Below are positions 28,870-40,813 of a stretch of DNA of 64,000 nucleotides, one piece after another. The notes below the pieces were generated by a model. The model saw only the letters and a program-made list of their open reading frames with translations. It was not told the DNA's origin and did no database searches. The stretch lies in contig NC_068985.1 of NCBI RefSeq assembly GCF_001194135.2, positions 70,526,172 to 70,590,171 on the forward strand, given 5' to 3'. This stretch comes from Octopus bimaculoides (lineage: Eukaryota). Each line of letters begins with the position of its first letter. Positions within the stretch are counted from its first letter, which is position 1. The translations under genes and the position numbers were made by a program.

Positions 28870-29425
28870 TGATGAAGCGTGTCCTACTGTTTACAATGTT
28901 GAGCACATGATTGCAAGCTGGTAGGTTGGAATCTCGGAACGTTATGTCGTTGACAATAGCACGTTATTGCACAAGTTTCAGTGTACGTAGCTGGAAATTA
29001 GTTCTAGCAGCAGATGCCGGTAAACCGTGTGATAGACTGGTGTTCCGTCCAGAGGTACACAGAAATGCTCCGACAGCAACTTGACCCTGGGTGTGGAACT
29101 GGTGTCAAGAGCAAGGGCAGGATCCAGGATAGGTAGAGTAGGGGAGGGGATAGTTACGGACCAGTCAGTAGATCGTGTGAGTTTCTCGTGTGTTTGAAGG
29201 AGGGGTGAGGGATTGTAGGAAGCAAGGATGGTGGTAGGATCGGATTAGAGAAGTCGAAAGACCTGTGGGATATTCCGACGAAAGCATGGGCTACAGAGAT
29301 GGAAAAGGAAGGGAGAGTGGTTGGGAGACGGATATGGGCGAGGAGTGTGCAATAAATCTAGCGAGCAAAGGTAAAGACGATCAATTTAATGAGTAGGAGT
29401 AAGAGTAGAGGAGCGTCCTCTACGA
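28870..29425 (-). mobile_element. Penelope-like internal fragment (RT-endonuclease linker plus decayed GIY-YIG)
   Basis: Minus-strand frames give QVFRLL*SDPTT, PHPSFKHTRNSHDLL, PGSCPCS, YV-TETC and DITFRDSNLPACNH. These resemble the PLE linker (P.PSFKR..NL.DLL, G..PC) and the YIGET...H..D endonuclease region. Confidence 0.7.
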
Positions 29426-30868
29426 GTTAACAGACGGGCCAAGTATTGCGACTGTATTGGGAGCGTGTTTGTGTGATAGGTATTGCTACATAGATAGATG
29501 CATGTGTCTCGAAAATGTATGTATGAAAGCACTTTAAACTGCGAGTTACTATGTGTATGAATATATCTTTAAACATATAGTCAAATACGTATATTTTTTG
29601 TCGTATGGCGTATAGAAGACTAGATATTGATACGTCTTTACTTATTAAAACTAATTCATTATCCCTGTCAACTTTTAAAATGACTCTGTGGGTCTTTTTC
29701 AAGAACAGCATCGTATGAAATTCCACCGCATATATTACCTACCGATCAATCTTTGAAATCTCGACATGAATAGTCGATGGAAAGAAACTAGCTTTAATTA
29801 TTTATACAAGAAAAACGTGTAAATCTTTGAATGTTTTTATACTAATAAGCATTAGTGAGAAATAAACAGAAATTTAACAGAACTATAAGTCTGTGACTCA
29901 ATATTTTTAACTTCATGGTGCATTGGAGATCAAATTTAAAATATTTGGCTCACTTGAGATTAATTTTTTTAAAATTTACTGACGTACTTCGCGAGGTAGT
30001 GAGTTTACTTTTTGAAAAACAAAAGCTAATTTTAAATTTAAGCACTTAGAAAAATATGGAAAACTATGGTTAGATTATTTTATTAATTATTAATTATATT
30101 TCACAGAATAATGAACAGTAGGTTTTTCAAACGCTCCAAAAATAAACATTTCGCAAGGTCTAAAATTGTGTTTTTAGAAATTCATGTCTCTAGGTGCAGC
30201 ATGAATTTTTTTTTCAAATATAATTGAAGGAAAATATTGCGGCACAACATTGAGCCACTATTCACTGAGCACCTCTGCAGTGCGGCCAGTTCTGAATCTA
30301 CAAAAGCAACACTTCCGGATATTAATTTCGGTGTGTGGGGGGATGTGTGTGTGGGGGGTGTATGTGTGGGTGTGTGGGTGTGGGTGTGGGTGGGTGTGGG
30401 TGTGTGTGTGTAAGTATATGTGTGTTTGTGTGTGCATTCACGTATATATATCTATATCTATGTAGTTATCAATCTACCTCTCTATCTATAACTCTCTTTC
30501 ACTTTCTTATATATCATTTGCACNNNNNNNNNNNNNNNNNNNNNNNNNNNNNNNNNNNNNNNNNNNNNNNNNNNNNNNNNNNNNNNNNNNNNNNNNNNNN
30601 NNNNNNNNNNNNNNNNNNNNNNNNNNNNNNNNNNNNNNNNNNNNGTAAATCAGGCATTGAGACTTTCATTGTTATTCTCATGACCACTTATGACAGTTCT
30701 AATGCAAATGAAGAAAACCAGGTTATTCTTGCTATCATTTCATTCTGCTAACAGACTAATAGACCGAGAAACATGATTGTTTCTAACTCAACGTGAAGAA
30801 TGAGTTTTCAAAAACCGTTTTTAAGAAAGGTTATTTGTGTGTGTGTGTTTGTGTGTGTGCGTGGGTGT

Positions 30869-30900
<32 letters not shown>

Positions 30901-31665
30901 AGTGAGAATCTACAAAAGAACAAAAGACAAAGACGGGTGTGTAAACGACAAACAGATGTATTAGTTTAACGCTCGGGAAGTGAGAAAGTCTTTTACGTTT
31001 CGAGCCTACGCTCTTCGACAGAAAGTAACAGAGAAATAAACAGGGAGAGAAAAGAGGAAAATGTTTAGTGACTAGCTATCTATCATGGCGAATGCCGGAC
31101 AGAGGGGTCACACAGGAGAGTGAAGAAAAAGGAGAGATAATAAAGTAGTAATGATCCCAAAACGAAGGTGCGCGTGGGCATGTATGTGAGAGGGTTATGT
31201 GCGTATGGTAGGGGGCTGGTGACATTGATGTGTGCGGGGTGGTGTGGTGTGGTGTATGGTGTGATGTGTGTGGTGTGTGGTGAGTGTGGTGATGTGTAGG
31301 TGGTATGGTGGTGTTGGGGGGTGAAGTGGGAGGCGAGAGTGGGGGAAGCAAGGGTTGGTCTAAGGGATAGGACGTATAGGGATGGTGTGGTTGCAATGTG
31401 CAGGGGTGGGTAACGAGGGAGGAGTTACAATGAAGGGAGAGGGTGGAAAGGAAAAGGTGGGTAAGAGTGAAGAAAGGAAGTAGGTGCCACAGCAAGAGAT
31501 GAGAGGTGGGTGGGATGAAGTAGGTGTGAGAGGAAGAGAGGAGAGAGGAGGTGGGTTAGATGAAGAGAGGAGGAGAGTTGAGCCCATGTGGGGCTAAGGA
31601 GCGAAGAAAGAAGATTTAATCCCTGATCACGGATGGCCCCTATGCAAGGTCAAATTAAATAGCCA
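30901..31665 (-). mobile_element. Penelope-like 3' fragment: GIY-YIG C-terminus, CT-rich spacer, hammerhead, terminal tail
   Basis: The minus strand near 31558-31650 reads LHRGHP..RD*IFFLRSLAPHGLNSPPLFI*, matching the PLE endonuclease ending RE..LI..L..L.P.GLN; hammerhead-like motif at 30990-31025. Confidence 0.82.
30990..31025 (-). ncRNA. Minimal type I hammerhead ribozyme-like motif with CUGUCGA core
   Basis: CTTT-CTGTCGA-A-GAGC-GTAG-GCTC-GAAA-CGTA-AAAG: 4-bp stem I, 4-bp stem II with tetraloop, ACGT palindrome in place of stem III, GUA cleavage triplet. Confidence 0.7.
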
Positions 31666-31669
31666 GCCT

Positions 31670-32909
31670 TATAACCATTAAAATTTATTTAGATCTGAAA
31701 TTATACATTCAAATAATTTATTAATTGTTATAATGTGATTATTTAACATTTAGTAGACATGACCTTTGCATTTTTCATTGCAAGAACCCTATTAGGCATG
31801 TTACTGGTCAGATGACAAATATTCTCTTGCGGAATTTCCTGCTTCGTTTCATGCAGTAATCTCAAAAGAACTGGCTTTGAAGATGCTTTCTTGTTCTTGT
31901 TATGAAGTGTCCTGTCTTTTATGTCCCAGAGGTGTTTAATAGGGTTCATATCTGGTGACCTGCTTGGCTATGGAAGCTTTTGTAATGACATTCTCTTCCA
32001 ACCAATCTTGCGCCATTTAGCCGTGAGACAAGGAGCCTATCTTCCATAAATAAAGTGTATTCGTTAATCATTTCACCATTGAAGAAGTTTGGAAGGAGTC
32101 CTTTCTGCAGTATGAACACATATTTAACGGAGTTTATGTTTCCCTCACACTCAACCAACTCTGATCAAACATTGCTCCAAATTGCTCCCCATTCCATCAA
32201 AAAATAGCTGTTGAGCTTCATTGCTAGCTGCAATCTTTTCACATAAAATTCTTCATCACAGTCTCCAGACCCACGCTCGACCATTGTCAGGAAATATAAA
32301 AAATTTGTATATAACAGTGGTCGAGAATATGACAGTGTCTCAAAATGCTAGTCGCCTCTCCACTATCTCACTGGCCCAATCTTTTCTCCGCTTGATGTTG
32401 GCTGCTCGAAGAAGTAGCTTCCTTCTTGCTGCTCTGCTATAGGAACCAAGTTTGTGGAGATACCTAACAGCAGTTCTGGGACTCGCATCAACTTGTCAGA
32501 GGCCTTGCAATGAGAACTATCCTCCACACTTCCCTTAACAAACAGAAGGGTCCTGTCAGAGGGCCCTGGTTGATTGGGCGAGGTAATGTGGTCTCCTTCC
32601 CCTCTCTGGTAAATTGCACAATCACTTTATTAACTGCAAAAAGCGGGATCCCAAAGTTTTCTCTGATTTTACGTTGACTCTCTTCACCTTCAGAATGACA
32701 CACAATACGGCCTCTTTGAAATTCAGACAGTTCCAAGAGTTCTTTTGTAAATAGCATGGTTTAACAATCACATACAGAACCTGGAACATTAAAATGTTAA
32801 TTAATAGAAAATATAAACATTTGGAAGTTAGAATAAACATAAAATGATGTTTTATGTGTTGTCTATTACTTTTGATTTATCTGTTGTCTATTTACTTCTA
32901 TCAAGTCTG
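31670..32909 (-). mobile_element. Tc1-family DNA transposon relic, one terminus retained
   Basis: Transposase relic plus terminus ...tcaagtctg|TA at 32909-32911, containing a duplicated gttgtctatt(t)act motif; no matching inverted terminus found near 31.6-31.7 kb. Confidence 0.85.
31743..32757 (-). pseudogene. Tc1-like DD34E transposase, multiply disrupted
   Basis: ELSEFQRGRIV..SQRKI HTH; GRAWVWR; FMED-APC; SPDMNPIKHLWD (catalytic E now K); MPNRVLAMKNAKVMSTKC; several stops and frameshifts. Confidence 0.92.
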
Positions 32910-33220
32910 TATATATATATATATATATATATANNNNNNNNNNNNNNNNNNNNNNNNNNNNNNNNNNNNNNNNNNNNNNNNNNNNNNNNNNNNNNNNNNN
33001 NNNNNNNNNNNNNNNNNNNNNNNNNNNNNNNNNNNNNNNNNNNNNNNNNNNNNNNNNNNNNNNNNNNNNNNNNNNNNNNNNNNNNNNNNNNNNNNNNNNN
33101 NNNNAATTTAATAATAGGATAACATTTTTATAAGCATTTATCAAGTAGTAAGTGTGAAAAAACCTCATAAGGGAAAAAAAACATAATTTATCCCTATAAA
33201 TATATTTATTAAATTATATA

Positions 33221-33639
33221 AGGGCATTACTATACAATAATACCTCACGCAAAGAGGGACTCTAGAAGTCAAACTAGAATAGTATACACATTTTCACCGA
33301 TCGCGAGGGAATGCAACTCTCAAAGCTAACCACCTAAAAACGTTTAACTTAACGGTAAGTCATGATTTCATAGTCAACACACCAATCTGCATCTTTTATT
33401 CATCAGTACACGTATGGTCAAGACATACACATATGGTCAAGACCATACGTGCACTGAGGAATAAAAGATGCAAATTACTGCACTGATTATGAAATCATGA
33501 TTTACCGCTAAGTTAAAAGTTTTTAAGGGGTTAGCTTGGAGATTTGCATCCTCTCGCGATCGGTAAAAATGTGTGTACTATGGTAGTTTGACTTCTAGAG
33601 TCCCTCTTAGCGTGAGGCATTATTGTATAGTAATGCCCT
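33221..33639. mobile_element. 419-bp foldback / MITE-like element
   Basis: Arms 33221-33419 and 33441-33639 are inverted repeats (175/199 identical by hand alignment, no indels) around a 21-bp spacer; TATA on both flanks. Confidence 0.9.
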
Positions 33640-33649
33640 TATATAAATG

Positions 33650-33710
<61 letters not shown>

Positions 33711-34406
33711 TTATATATATATATATATGTATATATGTATANNNNNNNNNNNNNNNNNNNNNNNNNNNNNNNNNNNNNNNNNNNNNNNNNNNNNNNNNNN
33801 NNNNNNNNNNNNNNNNNNNNNNNNNNNNNNNNNNNNNNNNNNNNNNNNNNNNNNNNNNNNNNNNNNNNNNNNNNNNNNNNNNNNNNNNNNNNNNNNNNNN
33901 NNNNNNNNNNNNNNNNNNNNNNNNNNNNNNNNNNNNNNNNNNNNNNNNNNNNNNNNNNNNNNNNNNNNNNNNNNNNNNNNNNNNNNNNNNNNNNNNNNNN
34001 NNNNNNNNNNNNNNNNNNNNNNNNNNNNNNNNNNNNNNNNNNNNNNNNNNNNNNNNNNNNNNNNNNNNNNNNNNNNNNNNNNNNNNNNNNNNNNNNNNNN
34101 NNNNNNNNNNNNNNNNNNNNNNNNNNNNNNNNNNNNNNNNNNNNNNNNNNNNNNNNNNNNNNNNNNNNNNNNNNNNNNNNNNNNNNNNNNNNNNNNNNNN
34201 NNNNNNNNNNNNNNNNNNNNNNNNNNNNNNNNNNNNNNNNNNNNNNNNNNNNNNNNNNNNNNNNNNNNNNNNNNNNNNNNNNNNNNNNNNNNNNNNNNNN
34301 NNNNNNNNNNNNNNNNNNNNNNNNNNNNNNNNNNNNNNNNNNNNNNNNNNNNNNNNNNNNNNNNNNNNNNNNNNNNNNNNNNNNNNNNNNNNNNNNNNNN
34401 NNNNNN

Positions 34407-34407
<1 letters not shown>

Positions 34408-34464
<57 letters not shown>

Positions 34465-34480
34465 ACACAGATAGCCAGGT

Positions 34481-34576
<96 letters not shown>

Positions 34577-35094
34577 TAGGAGACAAGAAAAGATAACTTG
34601 TATCGTGTGTCTTAACGATTCTATTGTATTTATGAGTTCTAGGGAAGGTGATATCTGAAAACTGCAACAATCTTCTGCTAATATTTCTCCTAACATTAAG
34701 CGAGAAAGTGGTGAGCAATGATAAAACTTTCCGAGATCTATACCTACAACTAGATGACAGAGGAGGTAGGTTGTAGTAGATTTTATCAGTAAATCTGCTA
34801 TCCTGCGGTGCCTTATTATAATATGTGGTAGCCTTTCTAGATTCTTTAGAAGAGAAAGGCATTGATCCAACGGCTAATATTTAAATACAATAAATGGGTG
34901 AAAGGAGAGTTTATTAATATATTTAAGGCACTCATTAGTCTTGTGGAAGGTCTTATATGAATTAGCTTTAAGGTCTAGGAAAACATCTACAATGCCAGCT
35001 TTAGTTAGGTCGTATCGATAGAGTTGAAGGTAGAAATTAATTGCTTTCTAAAGGAATCCATAGCGTGAAGGCACACGCACACACACACACATAC

Positions 35095-35186
<92 letters not shown>

Positions 35187-35215
35187 GGATAGATAGATAG
35201 ATAAGATATATATAT
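34408..35215. repeat. (CA)n and two (GATA)n arrays bordering N-gaps
   Basis: Direct reading; unique DNA lies between about 34580 and 35070. Confidence 0.9.
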
Positions 35216-35753
35216 ANNNNNNNNNNNNNNNNNNNNNNNNNNNNNNNNNNNNNNNNNNNNNNNNNNNNNNNNNNNNNNNNNNNNNNNNNNNNNNNNNNNN
35301 NNNNNNNNNNNNNNNNNNNNNNNNNNNNNNNNNNNNNNNNNNNNNNNNNNNNNNNNNNNNNNNNNNNNNNNNNNNNNNNNNNNNNNNNNNNNNNNNNNNN
35401 NNNNNNNNNNNNNNNNNNNNNNNNNNNNNNNNNNNNNNNNNNNNNNNNNNNNNNNNNNNNNNNNNNNNNNNNNNNNNNNNNNNNNNNNNNNNNNNNNNNN
35501 NNNNNNNNNNNNNNNNNNNNNNNNNNNNNNNNNNNNNNNNNNNNNNNNNNNNNNNNNNNNNNNNNNNNNNNNNNNNNNNNNNNNNNNNNNNNNNNNNNNN
35601 NNNNNNNNNNNNNNNNNNNNNNNNNNNNNNNNNNNNNNNNNNNNNNNNNNNNNNNNNNNNNNNNNNNNNNNNNNNNNNNNNNNNNNNNNNNNNNNNNNNN
35701 NNNNNNNNNNNNNNNNNNNNNNNNNNNNNNNNNNNNNNNNNNNNNNNNNNNNN

Positions 35754-35792
<39 letters not shown>

Positions 35793-35804
35793 AATATATA
35801 TACA

Positions 35805-35945
35805 CCCGTGCGTGACATGTTTCTTTTAGTTTCCGTGTACCAAACTTACAGAACTTTGCTCGGTCCCAGACTGTAGTAGAAGACACTTGCCCAAAGTGCC
35901 ACGCAGTAAGAGTGAACCCCGAACCATATACCAAGGGAGTTAGGC
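35805..35945 (-). mobile_element. SINE family A 5' half
   Basis: tttccgtgtaccaaacttaca...gtagaagacacttgcccaaagtgccacgcag...gaacc is the reverse complement of head plus CORE-like block. Confidence 0.8.
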
Positions 35946-35973
35946 ATTTCGACATCTCTAAATATAAATAAAT

Positions 35974-36016
<43 letters not shown>

Positions 36017-36398
36017 GAGATATACATACATGGATATATATGTGAGTGTGTACATATATATGCGTATGTGTGCATATCTGTATATTTATATGTGGGGGTA
36101 TGTATAAAGGTATTAGTGTTCTCTACTGTACTCCACTTCGCAATGATTCCCTTACATTCCTCTCCCCTCGTTCCGGAGTCTTTTCGCTTTCACACGTTTT
36201 AATCCCCACCCCCCACTTCCCATTCAGCTTTCCGTCGTTCCCTCTCTGATTCCCTATTCTCCTTCTTAAAGCTTTTCTTTAACAATGCCAATACACTCTG
36301 TCATATTTGTCAATTTGCAGTTTCAAACATTGTTCTCGGCACACATTCACAAGCACACGGATTTACATATAAACGTATGTATGTATCCATGTATGTAT

Positions 36399-36437
<39 letters not shown>

Positions 36438-36894
36438 NNNNNNNNNNNNNNNNNNNNNNNNNNNNNNNNNNNNNNNNNNNNNNNNNNNNNNNNNNNNNNN
36501 NNNNNNNNNNNNNNNNNNNNNNNNNNNNNNNNNNNNNNNNNNNNNNNNNNNNNNNNNNNNNNNNNNNNNNNNNNNNNNNNNNNNNNNNNNNNNNNNNNNN
36601 NNNNNNNNNNNNNNNNNNNNNNNNNNNNNNNNNNNNNNNNNNNNNNNNNNNNNNNNNNNNNNNNNNNNNNNNNNNNNNNNNNNNNNNNNNNNNNNNNNNN
36701 NNNNNNNNNNNNNNNNNNNNNNNNNNNNNNNNNNNNNNNNNNNNNNNNNNNNNNNNNNNNNNNNNNNNNNNNNNNNNNNNNNGACAACCAAACACACGGA
36801 CGGACACTACATATAGACAGTTCCACACAGAATACACACGCATGCACCTCATACCTTTGCTCTTTTCAACATTCAAACAACAATAAAAAGAAGA

Positions 36895-36953
36895 AATAAC
36901 TGCAACTGCACTAACACAAGCAACAACCCCAACAACAACAGCTACTACTACAC

Positions 36954-37009
<56 letters not shown>

Positions 37010-37160
37010 GTAACAACAATGCAGCAGCATTCATCACTTTTACACAATAGCCCCCTGTCAAGCAATGGGGTGCTGACATTGTTCAACCATAAAAGGATCT
37101 GGAGAAAGGGCTTTTGGAGAAATTAGGATCTAATGACTGGTGCTGGGGGTTTTAAGGTAG

Positions 37161-37203
<43 letters not shown>

Positions 37204-37616
37204 CGTGTACGCGCGCGTGTGTTTATGCGTGTGTGTGTGTGCGTATGTAAAGATAGAATAAAAGCCTTGAATGTAGAGAAACTGTAAGTAAATTTATTCT
37301 TGCTCTAATTGTTGTTGTTTGTGGTGGTGGGGTGGGGGGTGTTGTTCAATATCATCATTATCATCACCATCGACATCATTATTATCATAGTTGTCGTCGT
37401 CATCATCATCATCATTATCGTTTCCTTCTCCTTTCCCTCCTCCTCCTCCTCCTCCTCCTCCTTCTTCTTCTTCTTCTTCTTCTTCTTCTCCAACTTCTTC
37501 CTTTCTTCTTCATGTTCTTCTTTTGCACCTCCTCCTCCTACTCCTCTGCCATTTTTTCTGCCTCTCGTTATTTTACCTTCTCTCTTTTTTCTTTTATTTT
37601 CATTTCTTCCTTTTAA

Positions 37617-37647
<31 letters not shown>

Positions 37648-37869
37648 CACAATAATGACGATGATGAAGATGATGATGGTGATGATTGCTTTCTTTTCTT
37701 TTCTCTAGATTTTTATTGTTATTACACGTATAACTCCTGTCGTTGTCAGAAAGGATTTGAGAGGCACGTCTCCATAACTCTTAGTGACTCAACAAGACAA
37801 ACTGCCTTAAAGAAACATGGTATAACAGCTGTATATATGTAGCGGCGACGACTATGACGATGACAGGGG

Positions 37870-37932
<63 letters not shown>

Positions 37933-37933
37933 C

Positions 37934-37966
<33 letters not shown>

Positions 37967-37995
37967 GCTGGTGGTGGTGCTGGTGTGGTGGTGCT
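36895..37995. repeat. Trinucleotide mosaic: (ACT)n, (CCT)n, (TTC)n, (CAG/CAA)n, (GAT)n, (GGT)n, plus (GT)n
   Basis: Direct reading; source of the poly-S/L/E/K ORFs. Confidence 0.93.
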
Positions 37996-38147
37996 GGTGA
38001 TTTTGAAGTATGGGGCTCGGGGAGGAAAATGAGACTGATCTAAAGATGCCTTTGTAACCATGAAATCTTATCCTGGCCTTTTAAAGAGTTATCGGAATAA
38101 ATAGCCTTGTTAGTAAGTGTCTCGTATTATCTGTGTCTCTGTGTGGG

Positions 38148-38266
<119 letters not shown>

Positions 38267-38929
38267 GCGTGTATGTGTGTGTGTGATGTGTGTGTGTGTG
38301 TGTTGTATGTGTGTGAATTTGAGTGTGTCAGTTCAGATATGAATGGTGGTTTGCCCTCTAGTCGAAGAAATGGCCTTTGCTGGCCTCTGATTTTCTATGG
38401 AATGGGCGTACAAGCATATGAAGAGTTAGTTTAGTTTAGTATGGTAATTATTGTTGTCATAATCGTGTCATTGTTACTTGTATCTCAAGAAGCATTACTT
38501 ATCCAGAAAGGAAGAAAAGTCAGTCAGCCTAGCCGCCGTCGGTAACTTCTTGTTAAAATGATTACCCTCTACCTTTCAGATAGTATTCTGCATGTGTAAT
38601 AGTTTATAATTTATCGTCTGTGCTGAGGCAAATGCGATGCAGGAACAGTCGTATACGTAACAGCAAAACTCTATCACTCTATTAGGCATGTTGAGGCTTT
38701 GCGAATTGCTAATATTCTACAAGTTTTCATAATTCCAGTTTCGATTATGCTTTTAGTAAATATTCTGAGGCATTGAAATATTTGTAATGATATATTTAGT
38801 AGTAACTGAAATACAAGTTGTGAGAATATATGAGTAGACTTCTAGAAGTCCTTGTATCTTCAGATTTACTTACACTTTATGTATACATTAGAAGAATTAA
38901 ATTATTCACGGGGTTTTGTTGAATATTGC

Positions 38930-39052
38930 TTTCAAATTTTGGCAGAAGTCCAAACAATTTCGGGCAGGTTGGTATGTGATACATCGACCTCACTGCTCAG
39001 CTGGTACTTATTTTATCAAACTCGGGAGGATAAAAGGTAAAGTCGACCCTGG
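38930..39052 (-). mobile_element. SINE family B 3' half
   Basis: catcgacctcactgctcagctggtacttattttatcaaactcgggaggataaaaggtaaagtcgacc. Confidence 0.85.
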
Positions 39053-39884
39053 CTTAAAGCCAGAAGAACGGTCCTGCCAGTCCACCATCGTGGTTTTGTT
39101 GAATGTTGACTGAAATAATTATGTAGAGATTTGACGACAGTGTGTTTGGTGTGGATAAAACACAAAGTTGTAACTTCCAGCTTTCCTTGTTCTTGAAATG
39201 CCATAAGTACATACAAGTACAAGTCGACGAGATTGGGCTTTTCGTAGCCACTTTGCTTGCTAGACACAACCAAATCTTCATCAAATTGCATACAAACGTC
39301 TTGAACGACGACATGACATGCTGAATAAGAAAATCTTCGACCCCCTAGAAAATGCAGCATCACAACAGTTAGAATATGCATGTGATCAGAAAACAGATCA
39401 TTAACCAGAGACTAAGCAATAATAACAAATGTTTAAACTCTTATTGACCACACGTATATGACATGTACTAAAGAATGAATATGATATTGTGTACAGACAA
39501 AACTACTGCTAACATAGTCAATGAAATTAGTACCAAAACTATAATAAAAATATTTGAGCTGTGGGAAAAAGACAACATTATTCAACATTTATTATTATTT
39601 TGAACCTTTCAACAATTGATGGAAATAACTTTGCATATGTTTCAGTCTAATTAGACCTTGGAGTTACATATATTTCACGGCACAAATTTAAGTATACATA
39701 AAAGAATCACTGAACAAAAAAACAATATTGTGATTGAAAAAGCGTGGGAAATTAGGAATCTTGAAATAAGATATCAGACAGGTCATCAAACCAGTTAAAC
39801 AACATTTAGATTAGTGCTAGTACATTAGTTTTGGGGAACACTGAATGCTTATAATTAGAAATAATTTTAAGTTACATATCAAAA

Positions 39885-40255
39885 AGGAAGAAAGAAAAGA
39901 AGAAGAAGAAGAAGAAGAAGAAGAAGAAGAAGAAGAAGAAGAAGAAGAAGAAGAAGAAGAAGAAGAAGAANNNNNNNNNNNNNNNNNNNNNNNNNNNNNN
40001 NNNNNNNNNNNNNNNNNNNNNNNNNNNNNNNNNNNNNNNNNNNNNNNNNNNNNNNNNNNNNNNNNNNNNNNNNNNNNNNNNNNNNNNNNNNNNNNNNNNN
40101 NNNNNNNNNNNNNNNNNNNNNNNNNNNNNNNNNNNNNNNNNNGAGATGATGATGAGGAGGAGGAGGAAGAGGAGGAGAAAAAGAAGAAGAAGAAGAAGAA
40201 GAAGAAGAAGAAGAAGAAGAACGACGACGACAGCAACAACAACAATAATAATAAT
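39885..40255. repeat. (GAA)n with gap, then (GAG)/(AAG)/(AAC)/(AAT) runs
   Basis: Direct reading. Confidence 0.95.
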
Positions 40256-40440
40256 GATTTCTAATTTTGGCACAAGACCCGCAATTTCGGGGGAGTAGAT
40301 AAGGTGATTAAATGCACCCCAGTTGTTCAACTCGTACTTACTTTATCGAGCCCGAAAGTCGACCTCGCTGGAATTTGAACTCAAAACGTAAAGACTGACA
40401 AAATGCCGGTGTTCTAACGGTTCTGCCAGTTCGCCGCCTG
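40256..40440 (-). mobile_element. SINE family B copy with internal deletions
   Basis: aaagtcgacctcgctggaatttgaactcaaaacgtaaagactgac...ctaacggttctgccagttcgccgcc. Confidence 0.88.
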
Positions 40441-40490
40441 AACGACAACATCAACAACAACAGCCACAATAATAATAACAACAATAATAA

Positions 40491-40813
40491 GTGGGACTTA
40501 TATACATTGGAAGCTGTACCAGCAGTGTGGAATGACAACAGTAAAAAGATTGTATAGGCATATCCCAGAAAAGGCCTCAGAAAATGACAAAGCAACCATA
40601 CGATGGAATGTGTCAATACACACAGATAGAGAGATCAGGGTTAATAGATCGGATATAGTTGTCAAAAATCATCAAGGGATAAATGCCTTTTAATTGACGT
40701 ATTAATTCCAACAGATGACAATGAAACGGAAAAACTTAAAATACAAATATCTGGAAATAACCCGAATGTGGAGCCTAAAAAGAGAAACAATCCTTATAAT
40801 AGGTTCCCTGTAT
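40491..40813 (+). pseudogene. Restriction-like endonuclease (RLE) domain relic of an R4/Dong-type LINE
   Basis: YIHWKLYQQCG..RHIPEKASENDKATIRWNVSIHTDREIRVNRSDIVV..KCLLIDVLIPTDDN..EK..KYKYLEITRMW..IIGSL, matching the clade pattern IHW.LC..H.P..V.EN....I.W...I.TD..I.ANRPDI.V..LID..IP..EK..KY..IIGAL. Confidence 0.88.

Noticed and set aside
34580-34870. Two minus-strand frames open for about 100 codons
   Set aside because: No motifs or convincing splice sites; frames of this length are expected occasionally in a window this size
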